Part shown: positions 63,816-64,000 of the stretch, in pieces
Layout of the letters: the number at the start of each line of letters is the position of its first letter
Position numbering within the stretch: position 1 is the first letter of the stretch
NCBI RefSeq assembly: GCF_036321535.1
Contig: NC_087437.1
Span: forward strand, 57,910,001 to 57,974,000
Source: Camelus dromedarius
Lineage: Eukaryota
Reading direction: 5' to 3'
Length of the DNA stretch: 64,000 nt
The notes under the pieces: model-generated
Seen by the model: the letters and a program-made list of their open reading frames with translations, nothing else
The model's database searches: none
What the model was told of the DNA's origin: nothing
Program-made: the position numbers and the translations under genes

Positions 63816-64000
63816 TTCATCCCAATTCTTCTTAGTTACCTACAAAACTATCCCAAATTCCATGTTCTAGAAGTAAAACAAAACAGAAGAACTTTCCAGA
63901 TGCCACCAAATTCCTTTTTACTCTTTAAAGATTTATAATTCAGATAAACAAATTCTGTCAAGAACAGTTTGTTGAGTGAACAGCCCCTTCCAATTAGTTT

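Overview
Mammalian genomic DNA, most likely camelid. This is inferred from the tRNA-Ala-type SINEs and the young L1 3' ends. The only gene I recognise is FGF12 (FHF1) on the minus strand. The window holds the promoter of the short 'B' isoform, a non-coding exon 1 (~51580-51481) and exon 2 (51334-51192), which ends in ATG GAG AGC AAA G (MESK-E). Positions 1-51191 are the start of the long following intron, and ~51.9-64 kb is upstream DNA. The rest is mostly interspersed repeats (L1, HAL1, L2, MIR, MLT/ERV LTRs, hAT-Charlie/MER5); subfamily names are from memory of consensus sequences and boundaries are approximate. None of the listed six-frame ORFs looks like a real gene. Most notable observations: (1) a spliced 56-codon uORF in frame with the FGF12B start and ending 27 nt before it; (2) a spacer-extended REST/RE1 site inside exon 1; (3) a 14-nt microexon or recursive-splice-like site at 5065-5078; (4) a 130-nt candidate poison exon at 30833-30962; (5) a twin-primed inverted L1. 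All functional readings are hypotheses, and no searches were run.
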